In this document: piece after piece, positions 29,853 to 40,607 of the stretch | Layout of the letters: each line of letters opens with the position of its first letter | How positions within the stretch are numbered: position 1 is the first letter of the stretch | Translations under genes and position numbers: made by a program | Origin: Promethearchaeota archaeon | GTDB taxonomy: Archaea > Asgardarchaeota > Lokiarchaeia > Sigyniarchaeales > SOKP01 | Direction: 5' to 3' | Assembly (NCBI GenBank): GCA_030603385.1 | Contig: JAUVXW010000001.1 | Coordinates: 224,001 to 288,000 of the forward strand | DNA length: 64,000 nt | The notes under the pieces: model-generated | What the model was told of the DNA's origin: nothing | Database searches by the model: none | Seen by the model: the letters and a program-made list of their open reading frames with translations, nothing else

Positions 29853-30614
29853 ATGGTAAGTGATGTTTTAATTTATGAAGTTAAAGATCAAATAGCATAC
29901 ATTACATTAAACAACCCAAAGCGAAATCTACTAGACCCTCCTTTATGCAAAGCTTTGGGAGAAGCATGGGAGCATTTTGCGGATGACCCCGAAAGCAGAG
30001 TAGCAATTCTCAGTGCAAATGGTCCGGACTTTAGTTTTGGCGCAGATCTTAGACACAAGGGCTTATTAAAAGATCTTCGTAAAGCATTTCCCCCGAATGG
30101 TACCAAAATCCTGAAACCCATCATCGGAGCTGTCCATGGAACTGTTGCTGGAAGTGGATACGGAATTGTAATTCGCGGTACAGATATAACCTATGCTACA
30201 GAAGATACACAGTTTATCTTTGGAGAAGCCTGGGTCGGAATAGTTGGTGGAATTTTGGAATATTCACCTTACATGCCCTTTAAGATAGCTATGGAATTTT
30301 ATATGGGAGGGCAACCAATGAGTGGTAAACGGGCTTATGAAGTGGGGTTAGTCAACCATGTAACAAAAAATAGACAAGAACTCATGGAAGAAGCTACCAA
30401 AATGGCTGAAATACTACGTGACAATGCGCCATTAACATTAAAAGCGATTAAATACGGGCACTACAAGAATATGGAGCCTGCAGCAAGAAAAGCGACGCGT
30501 TTAGCGCAGGAGGAATTTAATGCGTTTATTCAACCTCAATTAGATAGCGAAGACCTGCAGGAAGGTATCGCAGCGCTTAAAGAAAATAGAAAGCCAATAT
30601 TTAAAGGACGCTAA
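29853..30614 (+). CDS. enoyl-CoA hydratase/isomerase (crotonase) family protein
   Basis: ITLNNPKRN, FSFGADL, KPIIGAVHG, AYEVGLVNHV and RKPIFKGR motifs. Confidence 0.9.
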   Translation: MVSDVLIYEVKDQIAYITLNNPKRNLLDPPLCKALGEAWEHFADDPESRVAILSANGPDFSFGADLRHKGLLKDLRKAFPPNGTKILKPIIGAVHGTVAGSGYGIVIRGTDITYATEDTQFIFGEAWVGIVGGILEYSPYMPFKIAMEFYMGGQPMSGKRAYEVGLVNHVTKNRQELMEEATKMAEILRDNAPLTLKAIKYGHYKNMEPAARKATRLAQEEFNAFIQPQLDSEDLQEGIAALKENRKPIFKGR

Positions 30615-30874
30615 CAACTTGGATCGGTATTTTTTCTCGAGACAAGAAATAAAAGAACTATTAAGAAGATCGGTAAGAATTGGCACTGATTTATTATTAG
30701 TTCTCTTACTATTTTATTTTTGAAACTACTTTCATTTTGAATCTGGATGAACATGTATATACCCTAATAGTTATTCTTATTAACAAACGTATCTATAAGA
30801 AAAAAAAATGTTTATTGGATATCTTAGCGTTTGTTTTAATTTAAAAAAACCTAAGAATTTAACTTAAAAAAAAA

Positions 30875-31984
30875 TTAAATTAAACTAAAAAGATCTATGC
30901 TTATTCCTTTAGGGTATTCGTCTCTTTCTTTGACCATTTTAATTGCGTTATTAGGACAATTCACAGCACAGATTCCACATCCTATACACACTTCTTCTCT
31001 GACTTTCATTTTTTCGTCTGATAAATCCGGTTTATTTGGCCAAATATGATAAATTGCTTCATTTGGGCATTTTTTCATACATGTTTCACATTTTGTACAG
31101 AGTTCCATATCAAATTCAGGAGTAAAATTGGTTTGATTTACACCCTTATAATGATGTAATTTTGCGGGGAAAAGTACTCCACAATGGCAACTGCAACAAT
31201 TACAAATCCACCTTGAGGTGTCCTTACTGGTATCCGCAACAGTATTATGAACAAGTCCCGCTTTCTCAGTATCTCTAATAAAGTCAATGGCTTCTTCCTT
31301 AGTTAATCTTTTTGCCCCTTGAGCGATCTGTCTTTCGGCTGCTTCTCCAGTTAAAAAACAACCCATTTCAGCAGGTGCTAGTTCACAGGGCTCACCCGTA
31401 TATTCACCAATTAACCGACATTGACAAGGAATGACAGCAAAAGATTTATTTTTATCGATCATATCTTTAACTACCTCAAAAGGAAGTACTTGAGTTTGAA
31501 CATCTAAAGATTTATTAACTTTAATTAACTTCTCCTCAGAGTCATATGGAAGCAAAGGACGGAATCCTCTTCTGATATTATCAACTTCTTCTAAATCTGG
31601 TGTCCTATTCTTAAAAATGTATCGGTAAATCTCCGCAACTTTGTGAAGATTTTCTTGGGAATCCTTACGTCTTATGAAATACATTTCAAATATACCCGGT
31701 ACAAGAGGTATTAATCTATAATCTGAACCAGATTTTAAAATAGTACCATTTCTTGCCGATCTTCTTAATATTTCTTCTATTTCTTCTTCTGAAATACCTG
31801 ATTTTTCCGCTAATTCTTTTCGTGAGATTTTTATACCAACATTATTAAATTGAGACAGAATTTTAATCTCATCTTCGTCCCAGAAAATTTTCATTAGTTT
31901 GTATACTTTTTTGTGTTTAGGAGCAGTTATTCTTCCAATTTGTAGTTTTTGTCTTACAATTTCATAATAGTCAACTTCAGTCAT
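30875..31984 (-). CDS. 4Fe-4S dicluster protein with N-terminal helical domain and Cys-rich middle region
   Basis: CQCR, GC, ICNCCSCHCG and two CxxCxxCxxxCP motifs. Confidence 0.85.
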   Translation of the reverse strand: MTEVDYYEIVRQKLQIGRITAPKHKKVYKLMKIFWDEDEIKILSQFNNVGIKISRKELAEKSGISEEEIEEILRRSARNGTILKSGSDYRLIPLVPGIFEMYFIRRKDSQENLHKVAEIYRYIFKNRTPDLEEVDNIRRGFRPLLPYDSEEKLIKVNKSLDVQTQVLPFEVVKDMIDKNKSFAVIPCQCRLIGEYTGEPCELAPAEMGCFLTGEAAERQIAQGAKRLTKEEAIDFIRDTEKAGLVHNTVADTSKDTSRWICNCCSCHCGVLFPAKLHHYKGVNQTNFTPEFDMELCTKCETCMKKCPNEAIYHIWPNKPDLSDEKMKVREEVCIGCGICAVNCPNNAIKMVKERDEYPKGISIDLFSLI

Positions 31985-32200
31985 AAAATAATTGAGGTTT
32001 GTATATATTATAAATTTTTCATATTAACATGAAACTTAATTTTTAAGATTTCAAAATCTGTTTTAAGGAAAAAGCATGAGTTTTGCATACGAATTTTTCT
32101 TATCTTTCTATTGTTTTTATCCTTTTTAAGCTTCCTAGAGTTTATTAAAGCTTAATAAATACCATTTATCAGGAAACTTAAGATTATAGGTTTATAAAGG

Positions 32201-32217
32201 AAAAAAAAAAAAAAAAA
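32201..32217 (-). terminator. poly-U terminator after the binding-protein gene
   Basis: A17 on + strand, U17 on the transcript, just past the stop. Confidence 0.55.
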
Positions 32218-32242
32218 TTAATTTTGAATTTATTATAAATTC

Positions 32243-34414
32243 TTACTTCAACATATGTTTCTTTTTTCTTATAATAGTGTATCCGATTCCGAGAATAGCT
32301 ATTAATGCAGCAGGTAAAACAATACTAACTGAATAACCTGGGATCAATGCTTTTTCACGCTCACTTGGTGCGTATTTAATCAATTCATAATGCATGAAAC
32401 CCCAATACCAGCTATAATCCCAATTTTTATCGACGGCATGCCCAATCAGATCATTTGCTAGATAAATCTGTGGATATTGATAGTTTTGAGCCCAATCACA
32501 TAGTTTATTATATGAATCCTGTCTTGCAGTACTGGTTTGAAACCACATTTGGGCTATTAATTCATCACAAGTTGTATTATAGTTAAAGCCCATATTCATA
32601 AATCCAGTGTATGGAAAAAATTGATTGTCAGCCAAGTTATTACCTTTATAATAGGCTTGAATGTAAGCAAGAACGTTTACTCGGGTATAATACCATTTTA
32701 TTGCAAATCCATCACATGTAAACCAAGGAAATGACCAAGAACCACCGGTCATTGAAGTATAAGTATCAGGATCATTTTTGGTAAGCGTTATACCACATCC
32801 AATATCCCTAAGACTGGTTGTCATCAAATTTTTAGTTTCTAAATGAGCGTCATCGTAACTATAATCCATTTTATAAATAGGGTTGTTATCTGCTATATAA
32901 TTCCATTCTGGTGTCGAATTAGAAAGATCTAGGTTTCTATCAGCACATATTGGTCCCCAAAATAGATCATCGAGAAGGGCTTGGCGTGCTATGTCGAGAT
33001 CATGATAAGCAAGCGGTATGGAGCTATTATAATATACATTGTTTTTTGGAAGCAATCCTCCACCACGCTCTACACGATCATCAAAAGCAACGGTTACGTA
33101 TGTATCATAATCAAATGCATAAGAAATCGCTTTCCTAAACGCACGATTCACTCCCTGTGCGTTTATCGTGCCATCTGGATTCATTATTCCTGAAATCTTG
33201 AATGGCCACTGGAGACCTGGGTAAATGCTAGTCATAGGGATGTTAAAATCATCAAAATACGTTTTCATAAATGTTTCGTTGATGCAATTTAAAATGACGT
33301 TTTCTCCATAATTTTCAAGACCCATAGGTATATATCTTATATCAGGGGCAGTAATCATATCCTCATAATTAAGAGGTTCCCATGCACGGTCATAAGCCCA
33401 GTCAATTTCTCCAGCAACTATAGCAGTACTTCTTGCTTGATATCCATCTTCGCTGTGGGCAAATGTAGCTAGTGCAACATATGGAATCATATGCCAACCC
33501 TCAGCTTGTGAATCAGTAGCGTTCCACCAATCATCAAATCTAGTCATTGTACCAATACCACTTCCAAGGTTATGACCTACAAACTCATACGGACCTGTAC
33601 CTATCAGATGTCCAGTTTCGTATCCCTCCATTATAGTATCTTCATTGGCTTTATACGCCTCCATTGAGATCATCCGTAATCCTACAGCTCCGCTGAGATA
33701 ACCTGGGCCAGTACGCCAATCATTAAAAGAAATGTTTACCTTTCCTCCCGATTGTATATTATCTGTGATTGTCACACCTGCAATCCGGGGAAAGCGGCTA
33801 ACATAATCTCCAGAAGCCCCAAATTCTGCATAAGTTGATGGCACTCCAGAAAACTGCGTAACATTCCAACCGTCTGTTTCATAATCTGCCCAATCATCTA
33901 CTTTTAACCACCAAGTTGTTCTCACACTAATTAAACTTTGTGGAATAGACGATGGGAGAATACCACTGATATTTCCTGTAATTCTCATAACTCTATCAAT
34001 ATTCCATTTACATACTGTAGCATTCCAATCTGAGCCGTCATGGAATTTAACATCTGGTCGAAGGGTTATCTCCATTGACTTTATTCCCGCATAACTCATA
34101 AAACCAGCCATATTCATTTCATCTGGTCTATCTTCAAATTCCCAGCTTGTTGCAAGTACTGGGTCAAATTCGCTATAGTCACCATTCCAACCATCTCGAG
34201 GTGAAAATAACGCTTCAATAGCGCTAAACATATAATAATCACCAGTACTGGTCACAAAACAAGTTGGGTCCCAATTGGCTATGGGTCGTGCTCCACAAGC
34301 ACCCACAACAAAAATAGGTATCTCATCCTGAGCGTTTACTGTTCTAGGTATGAATGGGAGTAACATAGAAGTAAGACAAAGAGTTAATATTAATCCTTTT
34401 GAATACTTTCTCAT
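32243..34414 (-). CDS. ABC transporter substrate-binding protein (family 5) with C-terminal IPGY-TM-basic anchor
   Basis: Signal peptide; LATSW, LRPDVKFHDGSDWNA, IGTGPYEF and RKAISYAFDY motifs; IPGY...RKKK tail. Confidence 0.9.
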   Translation of the reverse strand: MRKYSKGLILTLCLTSMLLPFIPRTVNAQDEIPIFVVGACGARPIANWDPTCFVTSTGDYYMFSAIEALFSPRDGWNGDYSEFDPVLATSWEFEDRPDEMNMAGFMSYAGIKSMEITLRPDVKFHDGSDWNATVCKWNIDRVMRITGNISGILPSSIPQSLISVRTTWWLKVDDWADYETDGWNVTQFSGVPSTYAEFGASGDYVSRFPRIAGVTITDNIQSGGKVNISFNDWRTGPGYLSGAVGLRMISMEAYKANEDTIMEGYETGHLIGTGPYEFVGHNLGSGIGTMTRFDDWWNATDSQAEGWHMIPYVALATFAHSEDGYQARSTAIVAGEIDWAYDRAWEPLNYEDMITAPDIRYIPMGLENYGENVILNCINETFMKTYFDDFNIPMTSIYPGLQWPFKISGIMNPDGTINAQGVNRAFRKAISYAFDYDTYVTVAFDDRVERGGGLLPKNNVYYNSSIPLAYHDLDIARQALLDDLFWGPICADRNLDLSNSTPEWNYIADNNPIYKMDYSYDDAHLETKNLMTTSLRDIGCGITLTKNDPDTYTSMTGGSWSFPWFTCDGFAIKWYYTRVNVLAYIQAYYKGNNLADNQFFPYTGFMNMGFNYNTTCDELIAQMWFQTSTARQDSYNKLCDWAQNYQYPQIYLANDLIGHAVDKNWDYSWYWGFMHYELIKYAPSEREKALIPGYSVSIVLPAALIAILGIGYTIIRKKKHMLK

Positions 34415-34470
34415 ATTATTAATTCGCCTTATATAATTATTTTATATATTTCGATTTTTTTGTTAAATTT

Positions 34471-34491
34471 TAAATTTACTAAGTAAATTTA
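34471..34491. promoter_or_regulatory. palindromic operator candidate TAAATTTAC-TAA-GTAAATTTA
   Basis: Perfect 9-bp arms in the divergent ABC promoter region; recurs before both GRE genes. Confidence 0.7.
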
Positions 34492-34648
34492 TTTAAAGGT
34501 TATGATTATAATATATTTAAATATTTCTGAAAATGACCAACAAAATATAAAAAATTAAATCATAACGAAGCGAAAACTTTAAGAAAATTAAAAAATTTTT
34601 AATTTAATTCTATAGAGATGAGAAAAGACGGCTAGACAAAAAACAAAT

Positions 34649-35695
34649 ATGATAAAATATATCCTCAGACGGATATTAATGATGGTACCAATGCTTTTTC
34701 TTGTTCTAACTTTTGCCTGGATTTTGTCGCATGTGATGACTGTAAGCCCAGTTACCAATAAATTAAGTGGATTAGTCGAACCTGAATTCATCGAAGCAGA
34801 ATTACAGAGAATTGGCTATTATGATCCCTGGTATATTCAACTTGGTGCCTATTATAAAAATTTTTTTACAGGAAATTGGGGTAACTCTTACGTAATTCGA
34901 GATGGTGAACCTGTATTATCATTTGTTTTAGAAGTATTTCCAAGAACATTAGAATTAATGATAATTCCGATCGTAATAAGTCCTATTATTGCAGTTAAGC
35001 TTGGATTATCATCCGCAACCCATAAGGACAAATCAAGAGATATTTCCATTAGAACTATTGCAATTTTTGGAGCTGGGTTTCCAGTGTTTTGGATTGCTAC
35101 TTTGCTCCAGCTCTTCTTTGGTTATTATTTAGACATTTTTACATACGGAAAGTTAGATTTACCCATTATGTTCATTAATAAACCTGGATTATCAGCTCCT
35201 GTACCAGATGGTGCATTTAGCACAGGATTTCGTATTATTGATAGTTTCATCTATAATGATCAAATATTTCTTTGGGATACAATAGCACATTTATTTATTC
35301 CAGCTCTTTGTTTAACTTTTGTTTCATTGGCTTCTATTACAAGGCAAACCCGATCAAGTATGTTAGACGTTTTAGATCAAGATTATATTAGAACTGCGCG
35401 GGCCAAAGGTGTTTTAGAAAAGGATGTTATAAATAAACATGCCCTTCGCAACGCTTTATTACCTACCAGTAATCTTATTATAGGAGGGACCGCAACGGCA
35501 TTGTTAGGATCTTTTTTTATTGAAGTAACTTTTGCCTATAACGGTTTTGGATATTATATGGTGAATTCTATATTCGCAGGGGATTATCTGGTTATTAACG
35601 GACTCTTAGTATTTGCAACTATCATACTTATTTCAGGAACATTAGTTGCAGATGTAATGTATACTATTATTGATCCTAGAATAACATACAATTAA
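34649..35695 (+). CDS. ABC permease DppB/OppB-type
   Basis: KYILRRIL, GNWGNSY, RSSMLDVLDQDYIRTARAKG and IDPRI motifs. Confidence 0.93.
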   Translation: MIKYILRRILMMVPMLFLVLTFAWILSHVMTVSPVTNKLSGLVEPEFIEAELQRIGYYDPWYIQLGAYYKNFFTGNWGNSYVIRDGEPVLSFVLEVFPRTLELMIIPIVISPIIAVKLGLSSATHKDKSRDISIRTIAIFGAGFPVFWIATLLQLFFGYYLDIFTYGKLDLPIMFINKPGLSAPVPDGAFSTGFRIIDSFIYNDQIFLWDTIAHLFIPALCLTFVSLASITRQTRSSMLDVLDQDYIRTARAKGVLEKDVINKHALRNALLPTSNLIIGGTATALLGSFFIEVTFAYNGFGYYMVNSIFAGDYLVINGLLVFATIILISGTLVADVMYTIIDPRITYN

Positions 35696-35710
35696 GATAA
35701 AATTGAGAGG

Positions 35711-36715
35711 ATGTTGAAGATTACAGAACAAGCTTTTATAGAGGATATAGCTCATAATCAATCTAAATCACTAACGAAAGAGAAATTTATTCGATTTTTA
35801 AGATTTTATTTAATTCCTGGTTGGCGAGATCCTGAATTTGCTTCTCAAGAATATGAAGCAGAAAAAATAAAATCTAAAAGGAGAATGTTTAGACGCCTTC
35901 TTAAACCTCTAACAATAACAGGATTCGTAATGATTATATTCATTTTAATATTAGCAGTATATGCTCCTTGGTTAACTCAATATAGATTAGGTGAAATTAT
36001 ATCACCTTATTATCCTCCCGGAGGAAATCCTTTTGATGATCCATCACCAGAACATCCGTTTGGGACAACAAAGTATGGATATGATATTTTAGCAAGACTT
36101 ATTTGGGGAAGTAGAACTACACTAGTAATGGCAGCAATCCCTGTAACCATCGCTATTGGAGGAGGTATTCTCTTAGGAACGATATCAGCATATTTTGGTG
36201 GAATTGTTGATTATCTTATGATGCGTTTTGTAGATTTAATGTATGCATTTCCGAATTTGATTCTTGTCATCATAATTGTTCCTATATTGGGACAAGCATT
36301 ATTAACTAGTCTTGTAATTTACGGAATTCTTTTTATACCATACAATATTAGGTTTATGAGATCACTTGTTTTACAGGTAAAGCAACTGGAATTTGTTCAA
36401 GCAGCAAAAACGGGTGGTGCGCAAAAATTCAAAGTGATGTTTACACATATTGTACCAAATGCAATATCTCCTATATTAATAGCTTTTTTTGGAGGTGCAG
36501 CAATTGCAGTATTAGGTCTAGCAGGTCTAGCTTTTATAGGAATTGGAGATCCAACTGTTGCTAGCTGGGGAACCGATATTAATTGGGCAAGAGCTTCATT
36601 TAGCAATTTCAATGCAGCTGTTTGGCCCGGATTATTTATAGGAATAATAGCTATAGGGTTTATGCTCATAGGAGATGGACTGCGAGATGCATTAGATCCA
36701 CGATTAAATATATAA
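35711..36715 (+). CDS. ABC permease DppC/OppC-type
   Basis: HPFGT..GYDILARLIWGSR, EFVQAAK and GDGLRDALDPR motifs. Confidence 0.93.
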   Translation: MLKITEQAFIEDIAHNQSKSLTKEKFIRFLRFYLIPGWRDPEFASQEYEAEKIKSKRRMFRRLLKPLTITGFVMIIFILILAVYAPWLTQYRLGEIISPYYPPGGNPFDDPSPEHPFGTTKYGYDILARLIWGSRTTLVMAAIPVTIAIGGGILLGTISAYFGGIVDYLMMRFVDLMYAFPNLILVIIIVPILGQALLTSLVIYGILFIPYNIRFMRSLVLQVKQLEFVQAAKTGGAQKFKVMFTHIVPNAISPILIAFFGGAAIAVLGLAGLAFIGIGDPTVASWGTDINWARASFSNFNAAVWPGLFIGIIAIGFMLIGDGLRDALDPRLNI

Positions 36716-36755
36716 AAAAGAGGGATTAAAGGTTTTAGATACAATATATGAAGCT

Positions 36756-38654
36756 GTGTATGGATTAAATTATGGAATGGCTTTTGTTGAATCTATTATT
36801 GCGACATTGATTTTATTCCTAATTTTAAATATTATCAATAACCAAATTCCTGAAGAACAACAGATCTCAAAAAAATTCCATAGAAAAAGTTCAGCTGTAA
36901 TTAGCATCATACTTTTTGGTATAATATTTGGCATTCGGTCTATTTTTGAAACTCTAGGGACTTTTTTTTACTTGTTTTTAATTTTCAATAATGATGCTTT
37001 ATTATTTGCACTAATGACAACAATTTTTTATTTTCTGTATATAGAATTAGTGTTCAAGCAAAAAATATTTGGCCCTATAAGAGAGGATCTTTTAAGTACT
37101 CCATTTTTTAGAATTTTTAGAATATTCATCAGATTAATTTGGATAATTGCCGCAATATTCTTCTCAATTCCTCTCCTACAAATTAATATGAATAATCCTG
37201 ACATTTTTAACCTCGGGTTTATATGGGCAGCTTTAGCTGTTGCATTTGATATTATCATCACGATTATAATAAATAGAATTCGTTCAATTGAGAAGCGTAT
37301 CCCTAAAGAAATTCTTAAATATTGTATGTTTTCTGGTGGACTCATCTCGTTTGGAATTTGGTCAATACAACTAATAATCTTTGAATTGTATTTGAATAGA
37401 TTATTTGGATTAATGCTGTTTGAACAAGACATTCGTATATTATTCGGTGTGGTTAGTGGTATATATAGTTCTATATTTTATTTATCTTTGAAAAAGAAAT
37501 TTATGCCTACTGCTGAGGAAAAAAGCAAGTTAAAAGTCCAAAAAGCACTTGAAATAGTTCAAAAGCAAACTGTAAAAGATTTTACACCAAATGGGAATCA
37601 TGCGATTCTTGAAGTGAAAGATCTCACTACTTACTTTCATACAGAAGAGGGTATTGTTCGTGCAGTAGAAGGTGTTTCTTTTAAAATGTATAAAGGAGAA
37701 GTTCTTGGACTTGTGGGTGAAACTGGCTGTGGGAAATCTGTAACCGCCTTATCTATTCTTCGACTAATTCGACCTCCTGGCAAAATCGAGAAAGGCAATG
37801 TTATTTTTAGAGGGGAAAAACTATTAATAAAACCTGAATCAGAAATGCTAAAATATCGTGGCAAAGATATTACAATGATTTTTCAAGATCCACTAAATTC
37901 TCTTAATCCCGTTTTTAGAATAGGTAAACAAATCTCTGAAGTATTTTTATTGCATATGGAAAATGAAATGCTTGCTGAAGCTTCCAAATATCCCGACAAA
38001 ACCATACTTGGTATTGCTCGAGAATGGAGTATAGACCTTTTAAGAGAATTAAATATACCCTTTCCTCAAGTAATTATTGATCGATACCCCCATGAATTGA
38101 GCGGAGGAATGCGACAAAGAGTTCAAATTGCTATGGCTCTTGCATGTAGACCTAAATTATTAATTGCTGACGAACCTACTACTGCGCTAGATGTCACAAT
38201 ACAGAACCAAATTCTTAAACTGATGAAAGAACTTCGTAAGAAATTTAATACAACTATATTATTTATTACTCACGATCTTGGAATTATCTCTAAAATGTGT
38301 GATCGTGTTGCTGTGATGTATTGTGGATCTATTGTTGAATATGGAAATATAAAAAAACTATTTACTAAACCTTATCATCCATACACGAGAGGGCTTATAG
38401 CTTCTGTCCCAGTTATGAGGAAAAGGCAAAAAGAACTTAAAGTTATACCTGGAATGGTACCAAATTTGATTTATCCCCCTTTAGGATGCAGATTTCATCC
38501 TAGATGTCAATTCTGTTTCGAGCCTTGTGATTCAAAAGCTCCAATCCAAATTGAGGTTGAACCTGGATATTTTGTAGCATGTCATCTTTATGATCCACAA
38601 TATAAAAGTATGGCAGAAATTTCTATAAAGAAAGTAGAAGCGAGATTAGAATAA
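36756..38654 (+). CDS. DppD-type ABC ATPase fused to an N-terminal multi-TM domain
   Basis: About 250 aa hydrophobic N-terminus; GETGCGKS, LSGGMRQR, ADEPTT, HPYT and GCRFHPRC motifs; start uncertain. Confidence 0.88.
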   Translation: MYGLNYGMAFVESIIATLILFLILNIINNQIPEEQQISKKFHRKSSAVISIILFGIIFGIRSIFETLGTFFYLFLIFNNDALLFALMTTIFYFLYIELVFKQKIFGPIREDLLSTPFFRIFRIFIRLIWIIAAIFFSIPLLQINMNNPDIFNLGFIWAALAVAFDIIITIIINRIRSIEKRIPKEILKYCMFSGGLISFGIWSIQLIIFELYLNRLFGLMLFEQDIRILFGVVSGIYSSIFYLSLKKKFMPTAEEKSKLKVQKALEIVQKQTVKDFTPNGNHAILEVKDLTTYFHTEEGIVRAVEGVSFKMYKGEVLGLVGETGCGKSVTALSILRLIRPPGKIEKGNVIFRGEKLLIKPESEMLKYRGKDITMIFQDPLNSLNPVFRIGKQISEVFLLHMENEMLAEASKYPDKTILGIAREWSIDLLRELNIPFPQVIIDRYPHELSGGMRQRVQIAMALACRPKLLIADEPTTALDVTIQNQILKLMKELRKKFNTTILFITHDLGIISKMCDRVAVMYCGSIVEYGNIKKLFTKPYHPYTRGLIASVPVMRKRQKELKVIPGMVPNLIYPPLGCRFHPRCQFCFEPCDSKAPIQIEVEPGYFVACHLYDPQYKSMAEISIKKVEARLE

Positions 38655-38680
38655 ATAAAAATTGGAGGTTATTTATAATC

Positions 38681-40399
38681 ATGGTTGATTTAATGGAAAT
38701 TATCGTTATTCCTGTTATTCTATTCATAATAGGATTTCTTATAATGAGACGGGTTGCACAAGGAAAGAGATGGGAGAATTCAGTGAGAATTACACTCTTA
38801 ACAAATTTGATTTGGTTAGTTTTCAGTATACTTTTGACTATTATTATTTTAAATTCTTTTGGTGATTCCCCTTTATTTAAAATTTTATTAATAGCGATAC
38901 TCATACCAGTTGGTATATTAATACTTTGGGGATTTTATAATAAAAATTTTTTCGAGTCATTTGAAGTCATTGGTCTTATCCAAGGTGCTTTACTTATAAT
39001 ATCATTGTTTTTAAGTAGTATTCAAGGAATTTTGAAAATATGGGTAATTGAAGGAAATGATGATTTAGATGGTTCTAAATTTACATTTGCTTTTGCTTTT
39101 CTCTTTCTTTTTGGGCTATCTATTTTTTTTGCTTATTGGGGAGATAAAATACAATTAGTTAAATTCAGGGTAACTTTTGCTCTTGGCAGTATAGTACCCG
39201 GATTGTATTATTTAATATATACATTTATTATTCAGCAGGAAAACTTTTATGATAATATAGTTGATAATCTCTTAATTAGCTTTACAATTGCAATTCTTTC
39301 TATTTTAATAGTAAAAAAAATTGCATACCAAACAATACAGTTCAAAGAAATCAGAGCTTTAACTGTCCTTGAGAAAGGTAAACCATTACTAAAGGTAAAA
39401 GATCTTAAAGTTCATTATCCACTCTTTAAAGGAACCCTTAAAAGACAAATTGGAGCTGTTAAAGCTGTTAATGGGGTCTCTTTCAGCATAAAAACCGGTG
39501 AAACACTCGGTTTAGTTGGAGAAAGTGGATGTGGGAAAACAACAATAGCAAAAGCAGTTTTAGGTTTGGTAGAAAAAACGGAAGGAGAAATGTTTTTCCA
39601 AGATCTTGAGGAGCCAATCCCTCCTGAATATTCATCTTATATAAGACATAAAATACAAATGGTTTTCCAAGATCCAGATGCATCCTTGAATCCACGTTTA
39701 AAAGTAGTTGACATCATTTCAGAACCTCTTAAGAATTTACTTGGTATTACTAATAAACTAGAAATCAGAAAACGCATTTTAAAATTGTTGGATGAAGTTT
39801 CCTTAAAACGAGAGCATATGGATCGCTATCCTCATGAATTTTCTGGTGGTCAAAAGCAAAGAATCGTTATAGCAAGAGCATTAGCTTGCAATCCCGAGTT
39901 GATAATTTTAGATGAACCTACTTCTGCTCTTGATGTATCAGTTCAAGCACAAATCCTTAATCTTCTTAGAGAATTACAAGCAGCATATGGGTATGGATAT
40001 CTGTTTATTACTCACAATTTAGCCGTTGTAAACTATATTGCTGATCGCGTAGCCGTAATGTATCTTGGCAAAATTGTAGAAGTTGGAAGTAAAGAACAAG
40101 TTTTTTCAAGACCAACTCATCCTTATACTCAAGCACTTCTTGCTTCACATTCTGACATTGATCCTTACAATCAAGAAATCAGTTTTGTTATCGAAGGTGA
40201 AGTACCAAGCCCTATAGCACCTCCACCAGGATGTGCGTTTAACCCACGTTGCTCTTCAGATGCGCGTACAAAAGAATGTGAAATTGATTTACCTCATAAA
40301 ATAACAATCGAGGAAGGTCATTCCATCTGGTGTGTAAATCCTCCTACATCAATGCAATCAGAACTTCAAGAATCTAAAGAGAGTTTATCTCTTGAATAA
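38681..40399 (+). CDS. DppF-type ABC ATPase fused to an N-terminal multi-TM domain
   Basis: About 210 aa hydrophobic N-terminus; GESGCGKT, FSGGQKQR, LDEPTS and GCAFNPRC motifs. Confidence 0.88.
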   Translation: MVDLMEIIVIPVILFIIGFLIMRRVAQGKRWENSVRITLLTNLIWLVFSILLTIIILNSFGDSPLFKILLIAILIPVGILILWGFYNKNFFESFEVIGLIQGALLIISLFLSSIQGILKIWVIEGNDDLDGSKFTFAFAFLFLFGLSIFFAYWGDKIQLVKFRVTFALGSIVPGLYYLIYTFIIQQENFYDNIVDNLLISFTIAILSILIVKKIAYQTIQFKEIRALTVLEKGKPLLKVKDLKVHYPLFKGTLKRQIGAVKAVNGVSFSIKTGETLGLVGESGCGKTTIAKAVLGLVEKTEGEMFFQDLEEPIPPEYSSYIRHKIQMVFQDPDASLNPRLKVVDIISEPLKNLLGITNKLEIRKRILKLLDEVSLKREHMDRYPHEFSGGQKQRIVIARALACNPELIILDEPTSALDVSVQAQILNLLRELQAAYGYGYLFITHNLAVVNYIADRVAVMYLGKIVEVGSKEQVFSRPTHPYTQALLASHSDIDPYNQEISFVIEGEVPSPIAPPPGCAFNPRCSSDARTKECEIDLPHKITIEEGHSIWCVNPPTSMQSELQESKESLSLE

Positions 40400-40557
40400 A
40401 TTAGCTTTTTATTCCCTCTAGGTTTTTTTCATTTATTATATCTTAAATTATAGAATAAAAGAATTTTCGAACTTAAGGAATAACTTTATTACAAATTAAG
40501 ACAAGGAAGAAAAGTACAATGAATTAAATTTTATACATTATTAACTTATTCCTTAAA

Positions 40558-40578
40558 TAAATATACAAAGTAATTTTA
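40558..40578. promoter_or_regulatory. operator candidate TAAATATAC-AAA-GTAATTTTA upstream of GRE1
   Basis: Two mismatches to the perfect palindrome; about 30 nt before the ATG. Confidence 0.6.
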
Positions 40579-40607
40579 AATAGTATAAAATCAATATTTA
40601 TGTTAAT

